Assembly: GCA_963832165.1 (NCBI GenBank)
Contig: CAWHTE010000001.1
Span: forward strand, 736,001 to 800,000
Direction: 5' to 3'
DNA length: 64,000 nucleotides
Source of the DNA: an uncultured delta proteobacterium
Lineage (GTDB): Bacteria; Myxococcota_A; UBA9160; SMWR01
Shown piece by piece: positions 1-11,627 of this stretch (position 1 is the stretch's first letter; the number at the start of each line of letters is the position of its first letter). The translations under genes were made by a program, and so were the position numbers. The notes below the pieces were generated by a model, which did no database searches, was not told the DNA's origin, and saw nothing but the letters and a program-made list of their open reading frames with translations.

Positions 1-1188
1 CAGAAGTTGCGCGAGAGCCGCAGCGCGATCTCCTGGGAGTCCTCGCGCGTGAAGTAGGGCGCGCGCCGCAGTCGGGTCTCGTGCGCGAACAGGTGACGCT
101 CGACCACCTCGACCACGAAGGTCGTGTCAGCGACGCCGTAGTACTCGACTCCGACCAGCGCATCGAAGCGGCTCTTCTCGCCCACGAACGCGAAGCCGAG
201 GCCGTCCAGGTAGGCGAGCTCGGCTTTGAAGAGCCAGCTCCCGACGGTGTAGTTCCCGCCGCTGCCGACCATCCAGAGCCGGTCGTGCACGAGCCGCGGC
301 ACGACCCCGTCGCCCTGCCGAGGCAGGTCGTTCCAGAACCACGCGCCGTGGAACGAGACGTCCCATCCGCTGAAGATCCCGTTGATCGCGCCCGCGATCT
401 CGGTGTCCTCGAAGTGATCCGGCCGGCGCTCGGACGGCTCGAACGTGCCCGGAAAGAAATCGCTGCCGACCACGGGGTTCGAGTCGAAGCGGATCTCCGG
501 GATCGCGATCAGCGCTGCCGACCAGTCGCCCGCATAGCCCTTGAGATTCAGCATCGAGACGGGGCGCCGGATGTCCTCGAGGTCGACGCGGCCGGGCTCG
601 CGGTTGTCGAGCGGGTTCAGCACGTCGAGCACGCGCAGCGTTTCGGAGCGGCCCCAGATCACTACCTGGCGCCCGAGCGCGACATCGACGTGCTCGCCGA
701 GGCCGCCCGCGAGCCACGCCTCGCCGAGCTCGGCATCCCACTCGTATTCGTCGCGCACCTCGCGGCTGTAGTCGCTGCGGCCGTTGATCGCGTAGGCGGC
801 GTCGTAGAACCCCCAGCCCTCGATCCGCATCTGCCACTTGTGCCGGCAGGTTCGCGTCGAGCTGGAGATTGGCGCGGTTGCGCAGCCGCTGGAGTCCCTC
901 GTAGTCGGTGCCGGTGTCGGATCGGTGCGAGTGATAGTTGACCGATCCGCTCACCTCCACGCTGCCCGAGAGGTCGAAGATGCGCTCGTCGCTCTGCGCG
1001 CCGGTCTCCTCCGCGGGCCCGGTCTCCTCCTGTTCGAAGCCGCCGAGCACGGCGTCGAGATCTTCCTCCGTCTGCGCGGGCGCTGCGGCCGCGAACCACA
1101 GCCACGCCAGACCGAGCGCAAGTTTCGCGCAGCGAGCCGCAGGCGAGCGAAGACCTTCAGGAAGGCGAGCGAAGGCGGGCCCCTGCAG
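1..1188 (-). CDS. Outer-membrane beta-barrel protein (DUF1302-like); runs off the window start; one-base frameshift at ~843; start uncertain
   Basis: Signal-peptide-like LALGLAWLWFAAAAPA, then ...LQRLRNRANLQLDANLP. After a one-base shift it continues HKWQMRIEGWGFYDAAY...LGRQVVIWGRSE...DVLNPLDNREPG...WLFKAELAY. The only candidate start between the upstream gene and the signal peptide is CTG at 1188. It lies downstream of a lipoprotein-sorting gene, a usual partner. Confidence 0.65.
1118..1161 (+). repeat. Family B repeat, copy 1 (GCAAGTTTCGCGCAGCGAGCCGCAGGCGAGCGAAGACCTTCAGG)
   Basis: 41/44 nt identical to 12067-12110 and to the reverse complement of 17850-17893 by manual alignment. Confidence 0.9.
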
Positions 1189-1190
1189 GG

Positions 1191-2000
1191 CTAGGGACCC
1201 TTCTCGAGCTGCCGCACCGTGAAGAATTCCTCGCTCTGCTTCTGGCCGAAGCGGGTGTTCTTCGCCGAGAGCTGCGTGCGGTGCAGCGTCTCCTCGCCCT
1301 TGCGCGTGGACATGTGCATCTCGGTAGCCACCCAGATGCCGTCGATCTGCTCGAGCTTCTTCACTTCGAAGTACTTGAGCCGCGATCCCTTCTTCACCCA
1401 GCTCACGCTGCGGATCGTCACGAAGTTGTCCTTGCGCACGAACAGGACCGACTTCGTGTACCCCGTCTCTTCCTGCTCCTGCTCGGTGATCGGCACCGCT
1501 TCGATCTGCCACACCGGGTGGCCCTCGATCTCGAGCTCCTTCATGAGCGTGTAGCGGTAGTGATCGAGCGGGCGCTCGGTCATGTCCGCGTAGCTGAAAT
1601 CCGACCCCATGAAGCTGCCGCTCTTGTCCGCCGACGCGATGCGCTTGGTGCGCGACAGCGCGGGCAGGTAGAGCCACTGATCGTCGTCGCGCGCAGGGTC
1701 CTTGTAGTCGTACGTGAGGAAGCCCGTGTCCTCGACGTCGGCGGGCGTCAGGAAGAACAGGATCGACTGCTCGTCCGGCCCGACGTCGCGCCCGTACGAG
1801 CGCAGCTTGCGCACGCGTTGGACGCCGCGCTTGTCGAAGAGGACCATCTCGAGGTCCTGCGCCGAATGGTCGCCGTCGTCGCGCGCGTCGACGCGATCCA
1901 TGATCGCGCGCGCGGTCAGCGGCTCTTCGGCCGCGGCGCCGCTCGCAGCGAGCAGCGCGACCGCTCCGATCGCACAACACCACCGGATCGAGCAGCTCAT
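1191..2000 (-). CDS. Outer membrane lipoprotein-sorting protein (LolA-like)
   Basis: Signal peptide; motifs FLTPADVEDTGFL, DDQWLYLPALSRTKRI and SFMGSDFSYADM. Confidence 0.85.
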   Translation of the reverse strand: MSCSIRWCCAIGAVALLAASGAAAEEPLTARAIMDRVDARDDGDHSAQDLEMVLFDKRGVQRVRKLRSYGRDVGPDEQSILFFLTPADVEDTGFLTYDYKDPARDDDQWLYLPALSRTKRIASADKSGSFMGSDFSYADMTERPLDHYRYTLMKELEIEGHPVWQIEAVPITEQEQEETGYTKSVLFVRKDNFVTIRSVSWVKKGSRLKYFEVKKLEQIDGIWVATEMHMSTRKGEETLHRTQLSAKNTRFGQKQSEEFFTVRQLEKGP

Positions 2001-2001
2001 C

Positions 2002-3009
2002 TCAGATCGCTTGCAGCTCTCGCAGTCGCACGATCTCGTTCGGATCTCCGGGCGGCGCTCCGCCGAGCAGGCGATCGAAGATTCCGCCGTAGCGCTGCTG
2101 GATCTTCGCGGCGATCTCGTTCGGCTCGCCCACGATCGCCATCTGGTCGAGCAGATCGTCGTCGATCCTGCGGCCCATCTCTTCCCACTGGCCCACCTTG
2201 GACAGGCGGTTCAGCTCGGTCTGGAGCTCGCCATGGCCGATCGACTCGAGCACGGGTCGATACGCGGGCGTCGAGCCGTAGAACGCGATCTGCCGGGTCA
2301 CCGCGGTGCGGCTCGCCGCGCGGCTCGCGGCGTCGCGGCCCGTGACGACGAATACGGGGCAGGTGATCTGGAAGTCGGCGCGCTGCTTGCCCGCGCGCGC
2401 GAGCCCGCGCTCGAGCGCGGGCAGCGTCACCTCGCGCACGTAGCGCTCGGTGGTGAACGCGTGCGCGATCATGCCGTCCGCCACCTCGCCGGCGACCTCC
2501 GTCATCTGCGGGCCGACCGCGGCCAGGAACACGCGCGGAGGTCCGTAGCTCGTGTTCGTCGGCGTGAACATCGGCGTCATCAGCGTGTGGGTATAGAACT
2601 CGCCGCGGAAGTCGAGCGGCTTGCCCGCATACCAGCAGTTCCACACCGCGCGCATCGCGAGGATGAACTCGCGCATCCGCGCCGCGGGCTGGCTCCAGGG
2701 CATGCTGAAGCGCTTCTGGATGTGCGGGCGGATCTGCGAGCCCAGCCCGAGGATGAAGCGCCCCTTCGAGTACGCGTTCAGGTCGTGCCCCATGTTCGCG
2801 AGCAGCATCGGGTTGCGCGCGAACGCGACGGCGATCGAAGTCATGAGGTCGATCCGCTCGGTGTGCTCGGCCGCGAGAACGAGCGGCAGGAACGGATCGC
2901 TCGCGATCTCGGCCGTGACGGCCCCGTCGTATCCGGCGGCCTCGAGCGCCCGGGCGCGCGCGGGCACTTCCGCGAGGTGGGTCGTGATCAGTCCGCCGTC
3001 GACCTTCAT
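2002..3009 (-). CDS. LLM-class F420-dependent oxidoreductase (TIGR03617-like)
   Basis: DPFLPL...SIAVAFARNP, GRFILGLGSQIRPHI, IAFYGSTPAYRPVL. Confidence 0.88.
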   Translation of the reverse strand: MKVDGGLITTHLAEVPARARALEAAGYDGAVTAEIASDPFLPLVLAAEHTERIDLMTSIAVAFARNPMLLANMGHDLNAYSKGRFILGLGSQIRPHIQKRFSMPWSQPAARMREFILAMRAVWNCWYAGKPLDFRGEFYTHTLMTPMFTPTNTSYGPPRVFLAAVGPQMTEVAGEVADGMIAHAFTTERYVREVTLPALERGLARAGKQRADFQITCPVFVVTGRDAASRAASRTAVTRQIAFYGSTPAYRPVLESIGHGELQTELNRLSKVGQWEEMGRRIDDDLLDQMAIVGEPNEIAAKIQQRYGGIFDRLLGGAPPGDPNEIVRLRELQAI

Positions 3010-3050
3010 TGGGGCTCCCTTCCGGTTGGCCGCGTAGTATACGGGCGATC

Positions 3051-4655
3051 ATGTTCGACTACGCGGCCCACGGCCTGAACGCTCCGAGCGCGCGGCCGGA
3101 GATCCCGGGGCGACCGCAGACGGTTGCCGAGGTGCTCGACCCGGTGCTCGCGAGCGACCCCGAGCGACTCGCGCTCGTCGGCCGCCACGGCCGTTACAGC
3201 TATGGCGCGCTCGACCGCGAGGCGAACCGCGCCGCACACGCGCTGCGCGAGCTCGGGATCGCGCCGGGAGACCGCGTCGCCGCGTGTCTGCCCAACGACG
3301 TCGCGATCACCGTCGCGTTCCTGGCCTGCATGCGCCTGGGCGCGCTGTGGGTGGGCATCAACCGCGTGCTCGCGCCGCGCGAGAAGGCGCACATCCTGTC
3401 GGACTCGGGCGCGGCGCTCCTGCTCGCATCTCCCGATGTGCACGGCGAGATTCGCGGCCAGGAGGGCGACCTCGCGGCGCTGCGCGCGCGCGTAACGGTC
3501 GATCCGGGCGCAGCCCGGGACGAATGGGATGCGCTGCTCGCGCGGCAGTCCGACGCGCGGCCCGACGCGAAGCTCGACGCGTGGGGTCCGGCTGCGATCG
3601 CGTACACGAGCGGCACCACGGGCAAGCCGAAGGGCGCCGTGCACAGCCAGCACAACATCCTGCTGCCCGGCGCGGTGACCGCCGCCACGGGTCTCTATCC
3701 GGCAGGCGCCGCGCAGGGGGCCGTGCTCCCGCTCACGATCCTGAATCTCGTGGTGCTCGGGCCCGTGCAGGCCTGGCAGTACGGAGTGTGCTCGGTGGCG
3801 ATGGACCGCGTCGACGCGGTCGGCGTGGCCGAGTGGGTGGAGCGCGAGCGGATCTGCACGTTCGCGGCCGTGCCGACCGTGATCCACGACCTGCTCACCC
3901 ACCCCGACGTGCGGCCCGACCAGCTCGCCTCGCTCGTGCAGCCGTTGATCGGCGGCGCGGAGTGCCCCGAGGAGTTCCGCGAGCTCTATCGCAAGCGCTT
4001 CGGCGCCCACGTGGCGATCGGCTACGGCATGACCGAGGCGCCCACCGCGGTGACGCGCGCCGAAGGGGAGCCGCAGCCGCGGCCGGGCTTGTGTGGCAAG
4101 GCGCTGCCGCAGTGCGAGATCTCGATTCGCGGCGAGGGGGGTCGAGAGCTGCCCGCGGCTGAGGAGGGCGAGATCTGTGTAGGGCCCGCGCGCTCGGGCG
4201 CGTGGGCGGGCCAGTACACGCCGATGCTCGGCTACTGGAACCGTCAGAGCGCCACTGCCGAGGCGCTCGAGGGCGGCGTGTATCACACGGGCGACGTCGG
4301 CGTGCTCGAGCCCGATGGCACGCTGTTCATCCGCGGGCGCCGCAACGAGCTGATCCTGCGCGGCGGCGCGAACGTGTATCCGGCCGAGGTGGAGCGGGTG
4401 TTGCTCGAGCATCCCGCGGTGGCGGAGGCGGCCGTGCTCGGCGTGCCGGACCGGCGGCTCGGCGAGCGCGTGGTCGCAGCGGTGCGGCTCGCAGACGGTG
4501 CGCGCGCGAGCGACGCCGCGCTGCGCGATCACTGTCGCGCTTCGCTCGCGCGCTACAAGGTGCCGGACGCGATCGCACTCGTGGATGCGCTGCCGCGCAA
4601 CGCGATGGCGAAAGTGATCAAACGCGAGTTGCTCCCGCTGTTCGAATCCGAGTAG
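3051..4655 (+). CDS. Acyl-CoA synthetase (AMP-binding)
   Basis: YTSGTTGKPKG, GYGMTE, YHTGD, GGANVYPAEVE, LPRNAMAKV; start placed at ATG 3051. Confidence 0.9.
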   Translation: MFDYAAHGLNAPSARPEIPGRPQTVAEVLDPVLASDPERLALVGRHGRYSYGALDREANRAAHALRELGIAPGDRVAACLPNDVAITVAFLACMRLGALWVGINRVLAPREKAHILSDSGAALLLASPDVHGEIRGQEGDLAALRARVTVDPGAARDEWDALLARQSDARPDAKLDAWGPAAIAYTSGTTGKPKGAVHSQHNILLPGAVTAATGLYPAGAAQGAVLPLTILNLVVLGPVQAWQYGVCSVAMDRVDAVGVAEWVERERICTFAAVPTVIHDLLTHPDVRPDQLASLVQPLIGGAECPEEFRELYRKRFGAHVAIGYGMTEAPTAVTRAEGEPQPRPGLCGKALPQCEISIRGEGGRELPAAEEGEICVGPARSGAWAGQYTPMLGYWNRQSATAEALEGGVYHTGDVGVLEPDGTLFIRGRRNELILRGGANVYPAEVERVLLEHPAVAEAAVLGVPDRRLGERVVAAVRLADGARASDAALRDHCRASLARYKVPDAIALVDALPRNAMAKVIKRELLPLFESE

Positions 4656-4713
4656 TCGAGCGTACGTGCACTCGGATACATTGCGCGCGGTGCACCGGAA
4701 GGAGCCGCTCGCG

Positions 4714-5406
4714 ATGTCCGAAGAGGCTGCTGCGTTCACACCTGCGCTGTTCCGATTCCTGCGCGATCTGCGCAAGAACAACGACCGCGACTGGTTCCTC
4801 GCCCACAAGGACGTGTACGAGCGCGACGTGAAGGAGCCCGCGCTCGCGTTCATCTCGTCGTTTGCCTCGACGCTGCGCAAGATCAGCCCCCATCTCGCGG
4901 CCGACCCGCGACCGGTCGGCGGGTCGCTGTTCCGGATCCACCGCGATGTGCGATTCGGAGCCGATAAGCGCCCGTACAAGACGCACGTGGGCATCCATTT
5001 CCGCCACGCGGGAGTCGATGGAGCGCACGCCCCGGGGTTCTATCTGCACCTCGAGCCCGGAGACGTGTTCGCGGGCGCGGGGATCTGGCAGCCCGACGGC
5101 GCGGTGCTCTCCGAGGTGCGCGAAGCGATCGCGGAGTCGCCCGCGGCGTGGCGGCGCGCGGTCGGAGCGCGCGAGTTCAGCATGCGCTGGGCGCTCTCGG
5201 GAGAATCGCTCGTGCGCGTGCCGCGCGGCTACGATCCCGAGCACCCGCTCGCTGCGGATCTCAAGCGCAAGAGCTACATCGCGCTCGCGGGCTTCTCCGA
5301 GCGCGACGCGTGCGCGGCCGATTTCGCGGAGCGACTCGCCCAGGCTTGGCGTGCGAGCGTGCCGCTCATGCGCTTCCTGACCCGCGCGCTCGATCTGCCT
5401 TTCTAG
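4714..5406 (+). CDS. DUF2461 (TIGR02453) family protein
   Basis: NNDRDWF, FRIHRDVRFGADKRPYK, PGFYLHLEPG; GGAAGGAG RBS before ATG 4714. Confidence 0.85.
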   Translation: MSEEAAAFTPALFRFLRDLRKNNDRDWFLAHKDVYERDVKEPALAFISSFASTLRKISPHLAADPRPVGGSLFRIHRDVRFGADKRPYKTHVGIHFRHAGVDGAHAPGFYLHLEPGDVFAGAGIWQPDGAVLSEVREAIAESPAAWRRAVGAREFSMRWALSGESLVRVPRGYDPEHPLAADLKRKSYIALAGFSERDACAADFAERLAQAWRASVPLMRFLTRALDLPF

Positions 5407-5468
5407 GCCCGCGGGGCGACGCGAGGAGCGCGGTACTACACTGCGCGCGCACCACCCGGAGCACATCG

Positions 5469-6479
5469 ATGGCATCCGCGATCCGCAACTGGGGAGAGAT
5501 CATCCGCACCCAGAACCTATCGCCCGACAAGGCGATGGACCCGATCTCGCGCTGGCTCTTGATCACGCGCGCGAGCGTCTTCCCGATGACGATCATCTCG
5601 GGCCTGATCGGCGGACTGCTCGCGGCCCGAGTGCCCGGCGCGGACCTCGGGCTGTTCTCGCTCGCGCTCGTGGGCCTCGTGTTGGCGCACGCCGCCAACA
5701 ACATGATCAACGACTACTTCGACCTCGAGGGCGGCGTCGACAGCGCGGACTACGTACGCGCGCAGTACGCACCGCACCCGGTGCTCAATGGCCTGATCTC
5801 CAAGAAGGGTCTCCTGCTCGCGATCGCGCTCACGAACCTCGCCGACCTCGCGATCCTGCTCGTGCTCGCCGACGCGCGCGGTCCCGCACTCGTCGCGTTC
5901 GCGCTGGCGGGGCTGTTCATCTCCGTGTTCTACGTGGCGCCGCCGCTCAAGCTCAAGCACCACGGACTCGGCGAGCCGGGCGTGTTCCTGGTGTGGGGGC
6001 CGCTCATGATCGGCGGCACCTACTACGTCACCGCGGGCACCGTGGAGCCGTGGGTGATGCTCGCGAGCATCCCGTACGCGCTGCTCGTGACGTGCGTACT
6101 GATGGGCAAGCACGTCGACAAGATCGAGGCGGATACCGCGAAGGGGATCCGCACGCTGCCGGTGATCCTGGGCCGCGATCGCGCGCTCGCGTTGACGCGC
6201 GGCATGATGATCGCGTTCTTCGTGCTCGTGGGCGCGCTGGTCGCGGTGGGCTGGCTCGGCGTGTGGACCCTGCTCTCGTTCCTCGCGATTCCGCGCCTGC
6301 GCAAGATCCTCGGGGTGTTCCGCCAGCCGAAGCCCGCGGCGCCGCCGCCGCGCTATCCGCTGTGGCCGCTCTGGTACGTGTCGTTCGCGTTCCTCGTGAC
6401 GCGCAGCGCGGGGGGTCTTTTCGTGATCGGCCTCGTGCTCGACGCGATCTTCCCGCTGCACCTGCCCGCGCTGCTCTGA
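5469..6479 (+). CDS. menA: UbiA-family prenyltransferase, MenA-like
   Basis: NMINDYFDLEGGVD, YVAPPLKLKHHGLGE, DKIEADTAKGIRTL; multiple TM helices. Confidence 0.7.
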   Translation: MASAIRNWGEIIRTQNLSPDKAMDPISRWLLITRASVFPMTIISGLIGGLLAARVPGADLGLFSLALVGLVLAHAANNMINDYFDLEGGVDSADYVRAQYAPHPVLNGLISKKGLLLAIALTNLADLAILLVLADARGPALVAFALAGLFISVFYVAPPLKLKHHGLGEPGVFLVWGPLMIGGTYYVTAGTVEPWVMLASIPYALLVTCVLMGKHVDKIEADTAKGIRTLPVILGRDRALALTRGMMIAFFVLVGALVAVGWLGVWTLLSFLAIPRLRKILGVFRQPKPAAPPPRYPLWPLWYVSFAFLVTRSAGGLFVIGLVLDAIFPLHLPALL

Positions 6480-6489
6480 TCGCGGTCGC

Positions 6490-6777
6490 TCAGCCCGCGA
6501 GCTCGTTCATCGCGTGCGCGAGGTCGACGTCGTTCTGGGTGATGCCGCCCGCGTCGTGCGTCGTGAGGTCGACGACGACGCGGCCGTAGACGTTGAACCA
6601 CTCGGGATGGTGGTCGCGCTTCTCGGCGACGAGCGCCACCGCGCTCATGAACGAGAACGCTCGCACGAAGTTCGCGAAACGGAACTCGCGGTGGAGCTTC
6701 CCGTTCTCGATCGACCAGCCCGACAGCGCCGCGACCGCGCTGCCGAGCTCCTGCTCGGAGAGGGGGGTGCGTTTCAC
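6490..6777 (-). CDS. Pterin-4a-carbinolamine dehydratase
   Basis: [13 protein letters not shown] and [13 protein letters not shown]; the GTG start overlaps the upstream stop. Confidence 0.9.
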   Translation of the reverse strand: MKRTPLSEQELGSAVAALSGWSIENGKLHREFRFANFVRAFSFMSAVALVAEKRDHHPEWFNVYGRVVVDLTTHDAGGITQNDVDLAHAMNELAG

Positions 6778-8045
6778 GTTCGACCTCCGTCGGTTGGCGG
6801 CGCGAAGATGACGCCGTCGCGGCGCAGCACCTCCAGCTCGCGGTCGTCGATCCCGACCTCGCGCAGCACGGCTTCGGTGTGCTCGCCGAGACACGGTGTT
6901 GCCGCGACCGGGCCCTCGGGCGCGCCGGAGAGCTTCACGGGATTGCCCGGGACGAGCATGGGCCGCGGGTCGTCGACGCGCGGCACTTCGATGAGCATGT
7001 CGCGCGCGGCCACGTGCGGGTCCGCGTGGAGATCCGGCGCGAGGTTGCTCGGGCCGGCCGGGATGCCCTCCGCGGCGAGCACCCGCGAAGCCTCGAGCTT
7101 GGTCATGTCGCGCGCCCAGGCCTCGACCGCGGGTCGCACCACGGACTCGCGGTGCTCCGCCCAGCCCTCACGCGTGGCGAAGCGCGGATCGCTGCACCAG
7201 CCCGACTGACCCACGAGCTCTGCGAGCCGCTCGAGCTGGTGATCGCGCAGGATCGCCATCACGAAGTAGCCGTCGGATGCGGCGAACGCCGAGACGATCC
7301 CGACGCGTCCCGCGGTCGCCGCGCTCGGCGGCTCGCCCACCGACCACATGAACGGGACCATGTCGGTCATCGCGACCATCGCGTCGAACATCGAGATGTC
7401 GACGTGCTGACCGCGGCCGGTGCGCTCGCGCTGGCGCAGCGCCGCGAGCATTCCGATCAGCGCGTAGAGCGCGCTCGCGTTGTCGCCGAGCGCGCCCGCC
7501 ACCACCACGGGCGGCGGCTCGCCGGGGCGTCGGATCGGCTCGTAGAGCCCGGCCATCGCCTCGGCGATCGGCGCGTAGGCGGGCCAGTCCGAGTACGGCG
7601 TCGGCGCGAGGTGCCCGAAGCCCGTGATCGACACGTAGACGAGCGGTGGGTGGAGCGCCGCGAGCGCGGCATAGCCGAGACCCATCCGCTCCAGCGCACC
7701 GGGCTTGAAGTTCTCCGCGAGCACGTCGAAGTGCGGAACCAGGCGGCGCAACAGCGCCGCGCCCGCGGGCGCCTTCCAGTCGATCCCGATGCTGCGCTTG
7801 GAGAGGTTGTTGCGCAGATAGGTCGCGCCGACCTTCCGGCCGTCGCGGTCGGTGATCTGGGGGCGCGATGCGCGCCCCGACTCGCCTTGGATCGGGTGCT
7901 CGACCTTCACGACGTCTGCGCCCAGATGCGCGAGCAGCTGCGTCGCGAACGGCAGCGCCTGCATCTGCTCGACGGCGAGCACGCGCACCCCGTCGAGGGG
8001 CCGGGCGGCGCCACGCTCGGCATGGCGCACCTCGTTGAGACGCAA
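6774..8045 (-). CDS. CaiB/BaiF family III CoA transferase
   Basis: [42 protein letters not shown]. Confidence 0.9.
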   Translation of the reverse strand: MRLNEVRHAERGAARPLDGVRVLAVEQMQALPFATQLLAHLGADVVKVEHPIQGESGRASRPQITDRDGRKVGATYLRNNLSKRSIGIDWKAPAGAALLRRLVPHFDVLAENFKPGALERMGLGYAALAALHPPLVYVSITGFGHLAPTPYSDWPAYAPIAEAMAGLYEPIRRPGEPPPVVVAGALGDNASALYALIGMLAALRQRERTGRGQHVDISMFDAMVAMTDMVPFMWSVGEPPSAATAGRVGIVSAFAASDGYFVMAILRDHQLERLAELVGQSGWCSDPRFATREGWAEHRESVVRPAVEAWARDMTKLEASRVLAAEGIPAGPSNLAPDLHADPHVAARDMLIEVPRVDDPRPMLVPGNPVKLSGAPEGPVAATPCLGEHTEAVLREVGIDDRELEVLRRDGVIFAPPTDGGRT

Positions 8046-8204
8046 GTTCGCATTCCTCCGGGGTAACTCGCGAACGAACGGGACGATACAGCGCGAAAGT
8101 TTCGAGCCCTTGGGCGCCAGCGCGCCACTACACCATACCTGGGCAGGGCCGCGCGGCCCCGCGCTCCTAGCCGACCGGGCTGCGCGCGATTCGCTGAGGC
8201 GCTC

Positions 8205-8930
8205 ATGCTGCGTTCCCCTGCCGTTTCGCTCGCTGCCCTCCTGCTCAGTGCAGCTTCACCCGCTGCCGCCGTGACGATAGGTTTTGAGGAGTTCGCGCAC
8301 GGCGACATTGTCGCGGCGCCCGTCGCGTCCCATGCGGGCTACACGCTCGTCGTGGAGAACCTTTCCAGGACGTTCGACGCCGGGGTCGCGTTCGACACCG
8401 GCGAGACGGGTACCGCCGACCTCGATCTCGAGCGCGGCAGCGGCTTCGCGACCGGAAACATCGCGGATGGGGTTCTCGGCAACATCCTGGTGCTGCAGGA
8501 GCGCGACAACTGCAGCGCGACGAGCTGCTCCGACCCGGACGACGAGGCCAGACGGCCGGCCGGGGAGTTCACGTTCCTGCTCGACGAGATCGCAACGGGC
8601 GGGTTCTCGTTCGATCTGGTCGACGTGGATGACGAAACCGCCGAAAATGGCCGGATCACGTTCCTCTTGTTGGAGAACGGCCAGGTCGACGTGTCGGTGG
8701 CGTCCTACTCGTTCGCGGAGTTCCTGGGCTTCGGGCAGGACGTCGACTACGGCAACAACTCGGCCAATCACATCGAGTTCACGGAGCTGGGCGCATTCAA
8801 CGCGTTCACGATCGTGATGGGCGGCTCGGGCGGGATCGACAACATCGTCGCGGTGCCCGAGCCGACTACCGGAGCACTGCTCGTCCTCGGCTTGATCGGT
8901 CTCGCCGCGTATACGCACCGTCGCCGCTGA
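8205..8930 (+). CDS. PEP-CTERM sorting domain secreted protein
   Basis: Signal peptide; C-terminal VPEPTTGALLVLGLIGLAAYTHRRR. Confidence 0.9.
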   Translation: MLRSPAVSLAALLLSAASPAAAVTIGFEEFAHGDIVAAPVASHAGYTLVVENLSRTFDAGVAFDTGETGTADLDLERGSGFATGNIADGVLGNILVLQERDNCSATSCSDPDDEARRPAGEFTFLLDEIATGGFSFDLVDVDDETAENGRITFLLLENGQVDVSVASYSFAEFLGFGQDVDYGNNSANHIEFTELGAFNAFTIVMGGSGGIDNIVAVPEPTTGALLVLGLIGLAAYTHRRR

Positions 8931-9023
8931 CAGCCGGCGCGCGCAGCCCGACGTTTGCGCGCGGGCTCCGGATCGTCGAACGTCCCCCGACCGGCCCGGT
9001 CGGGCCGTTCGTAAAGGAGTTCC

Positions 9024-9911
<888 letters not shown>

Positions 9912-9913
9912 TC

Positions 9914-11104
9914 TTGTTCCTCGATCTCTTCTACGGCCTGCGCGACGAGGGCGTCCCCGTCGCGATCCAGGAATGGATGATGCTCATGCGCGCGCTCGCG
10001 ATGGGCCAGCACGGGTCGTCGCTCGACGGGTTCTACCACGTCTCGCGCGCATGCCTCGTGAAGAGCGAGACCTACTTCGACGCATTCGACCGCGTGTTCG
10101 CGCGCGTGTTCCGCGGCGTGGAGGGCGAACTCTCGGTCACCGACGAGCTGCTCGAGTGGCTCAAGAACCCCGAGAACTTCAAGGAGATGACCGACGAGCA
10201 GCGCGCGATGCTCGAGGAGCTCTCGCGCGACGAGCTCTTGCGGCGATACCTCGAGACGCTGCAGCGCCAGACCGAGCGCCACGACGGCGGCGGGCGCTGG
10301 ATCGGCACGGGCGGCCACTCGCCGTTCGGTCACGGCGGCGAGCATCCCACCGGCATCCGCGTCGGCGGGCAGAGTCAGCGCAAGTCGGCGATGAAGGTCG
10401 CCGAGGAGCGGCGCTACAAGGACTATCGCACCGACGAGGCGCTCGACCTGCGCGGCACGGTCGTTGCGCTCAAGCGATTGCGCCAGCTCACGCGCCAGGG
10501 GCGCGCCGACGAGCTCGACCTCGACGGGACCGTCGACGAGACGTGCCGCAACGCGGGCGAGATCGAGCTGATCTTCCGGCCCGAGCGCAAGAACAACGTG
10601 CGCCTGCTGCTGCTGATGGACGTGGGTGGGTCGATGGACCCGTACTACAAGCCGGTGAGCCGGCTGCTCACTGCGCTGCACGCCGCTCGCGGCTTGCGCG
10701 ATTTCCGCGCCTACTACTTCCACAACTGTGTGTACGAGAACATCTACACCGACGCGCGGCTCCTGCGCAGCTCGGCGGTGCCCACCGGGGATCTGTTCCG
10801 GCAGCTCGACGAGCGCTGGAAGGTGGCGATCGTGGGCGACGCCGCGATGCATCCCCACGAGCTCATGAGCGCGTACGGGAACATCGATCCGCGCAAGGAG
10901 ACCGAGACCGCGGGGATCGTCTGGCTCCAGCGGATCGCCGATCACTTCGAGCGCAGCGTCTGGCTCAATCCCGACCCCGAGAAGAGCTGGCGCTCGACGC
11001 GCACGACGGCGGCGATCGCGAGCGTGTTTCCGATGTTCCATCTCTCGATCGACGGGCTCGAGAATGCGGTCGCGGCGCTCGTGGGAGCGCGCAAGGTCGC
11101 CTAG
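9914..11104 (+). CDS. VWA-domain (CoxE-like) partner of MoxR
   Basis: MIDAS-like LLMDVGGSMDPY, WIGTGGHSPFG, YFHNCVY, VGDAAMHP; TTG start 2 nt after the MoxR stop. Confidence 0.85.
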   Translation: MFLDLFYGLRDEGVPVAIQEWMMLMRALAMGQHGSSLDGFYHVSRACLVKSETYFDAFDRVFARVFRGVEGELSVTDELLEWLKNPENFKEMTDEQRAMLEELSRDELLRRYLETLQRQTERHDGGGRWIGTGGHSPFGHGGEHPTGIRVGGQSQRKSAMKVAEERRYKDYRTDEALDLRGTVVALKRLRQLTRQGRADELDLDGTVDETCRNAGEIELIFRPERKNNVRLLLLMDVGGSMDPYYKPVSRLLTALHAARGLRDFRAYYFHNCVYENIYTDARLLRSSAVPTGDLFRQLDERWKVAIVGDAAMHPHELMSAYGNIDPRKETETAGIVWLQRIADHFERSVWLNPDPEKSWRSTRTTAAIASVFPMFHLSIDGLENAVAALVGARKVA

Positions 11105-11144
11105 AATCGCTCTCCCAATCTCTTCAACTCGAAAGGAGTCCCCC

Positions 11145-11627
11145 ATGCCGATCGCAGTGGGCGCCAAGGTTCCCGACGTGAAGATCAAGACGATGGTCGA
11201 CGGCAAGATGCAGGACGTCTCGACGGGCGAGCTGTTCGCGGGCAAGAAGACCGTGCTGTTCGCGGTTCCGGGCGCGTTCACGCCGACCTGCTCGATGCAG
11301 CATCTGCCGGGCTTCATCGCACATGCCAAGGACATCAAGGCGAAGGGCGTCGATCTGATCGCGTGCATCTCGGTCAACGACGCATTCGTGATGGATGCGT
11401 GGGGCAAGGACAAGGGCGCAGGCGACAGCGTGATGATGCTCGCCGATGGCAACGCCGACTTCGCGAAGGCGATGGGTCTCGAGATGGACGGCAAGGGCAT
11501 CGGATTCGGCACGCGCTCGCAGCGCTACGCCGCGGTGATCGAGAACGGCGTGGTCAAGGCGCTCAACGTCGAGAAGCCGATGAAGTTCGAGTGCAGCAGC
11601 GCGGACGCGATCCTCGACGCGCTCTGA
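11145..11627 (+). CDS. Peroxiredoxin (Prx5 type)
   Basis: VPGAFTPTCSMQHLPG, SVNDAFVMDAW, RSQRYA; AAAGGAG RBS. Confidence 0.93.
   Translation: MPIAVGAKVPDVKIKTMVDGKMQDVSTGELFAGKKTVLFAVPGAFTPTCSMQHLPGFIAHAKDIKAKGVDLIACISVNDAFVMDAWGKDKGAGDSVMMLADGNADFAKAMGLEMDGKGIGFGTRSQRYAAVIENGVVKALNVEKPMKFECSSADAILDAL

Noticed and set aside
8986..9004. Hairpin CCCGACCG-gcc-CGGTCGGG upstream of moxR
   Set aside because: It is short, GC-rich and lacks a U-tract, so it could be chance at this GC content
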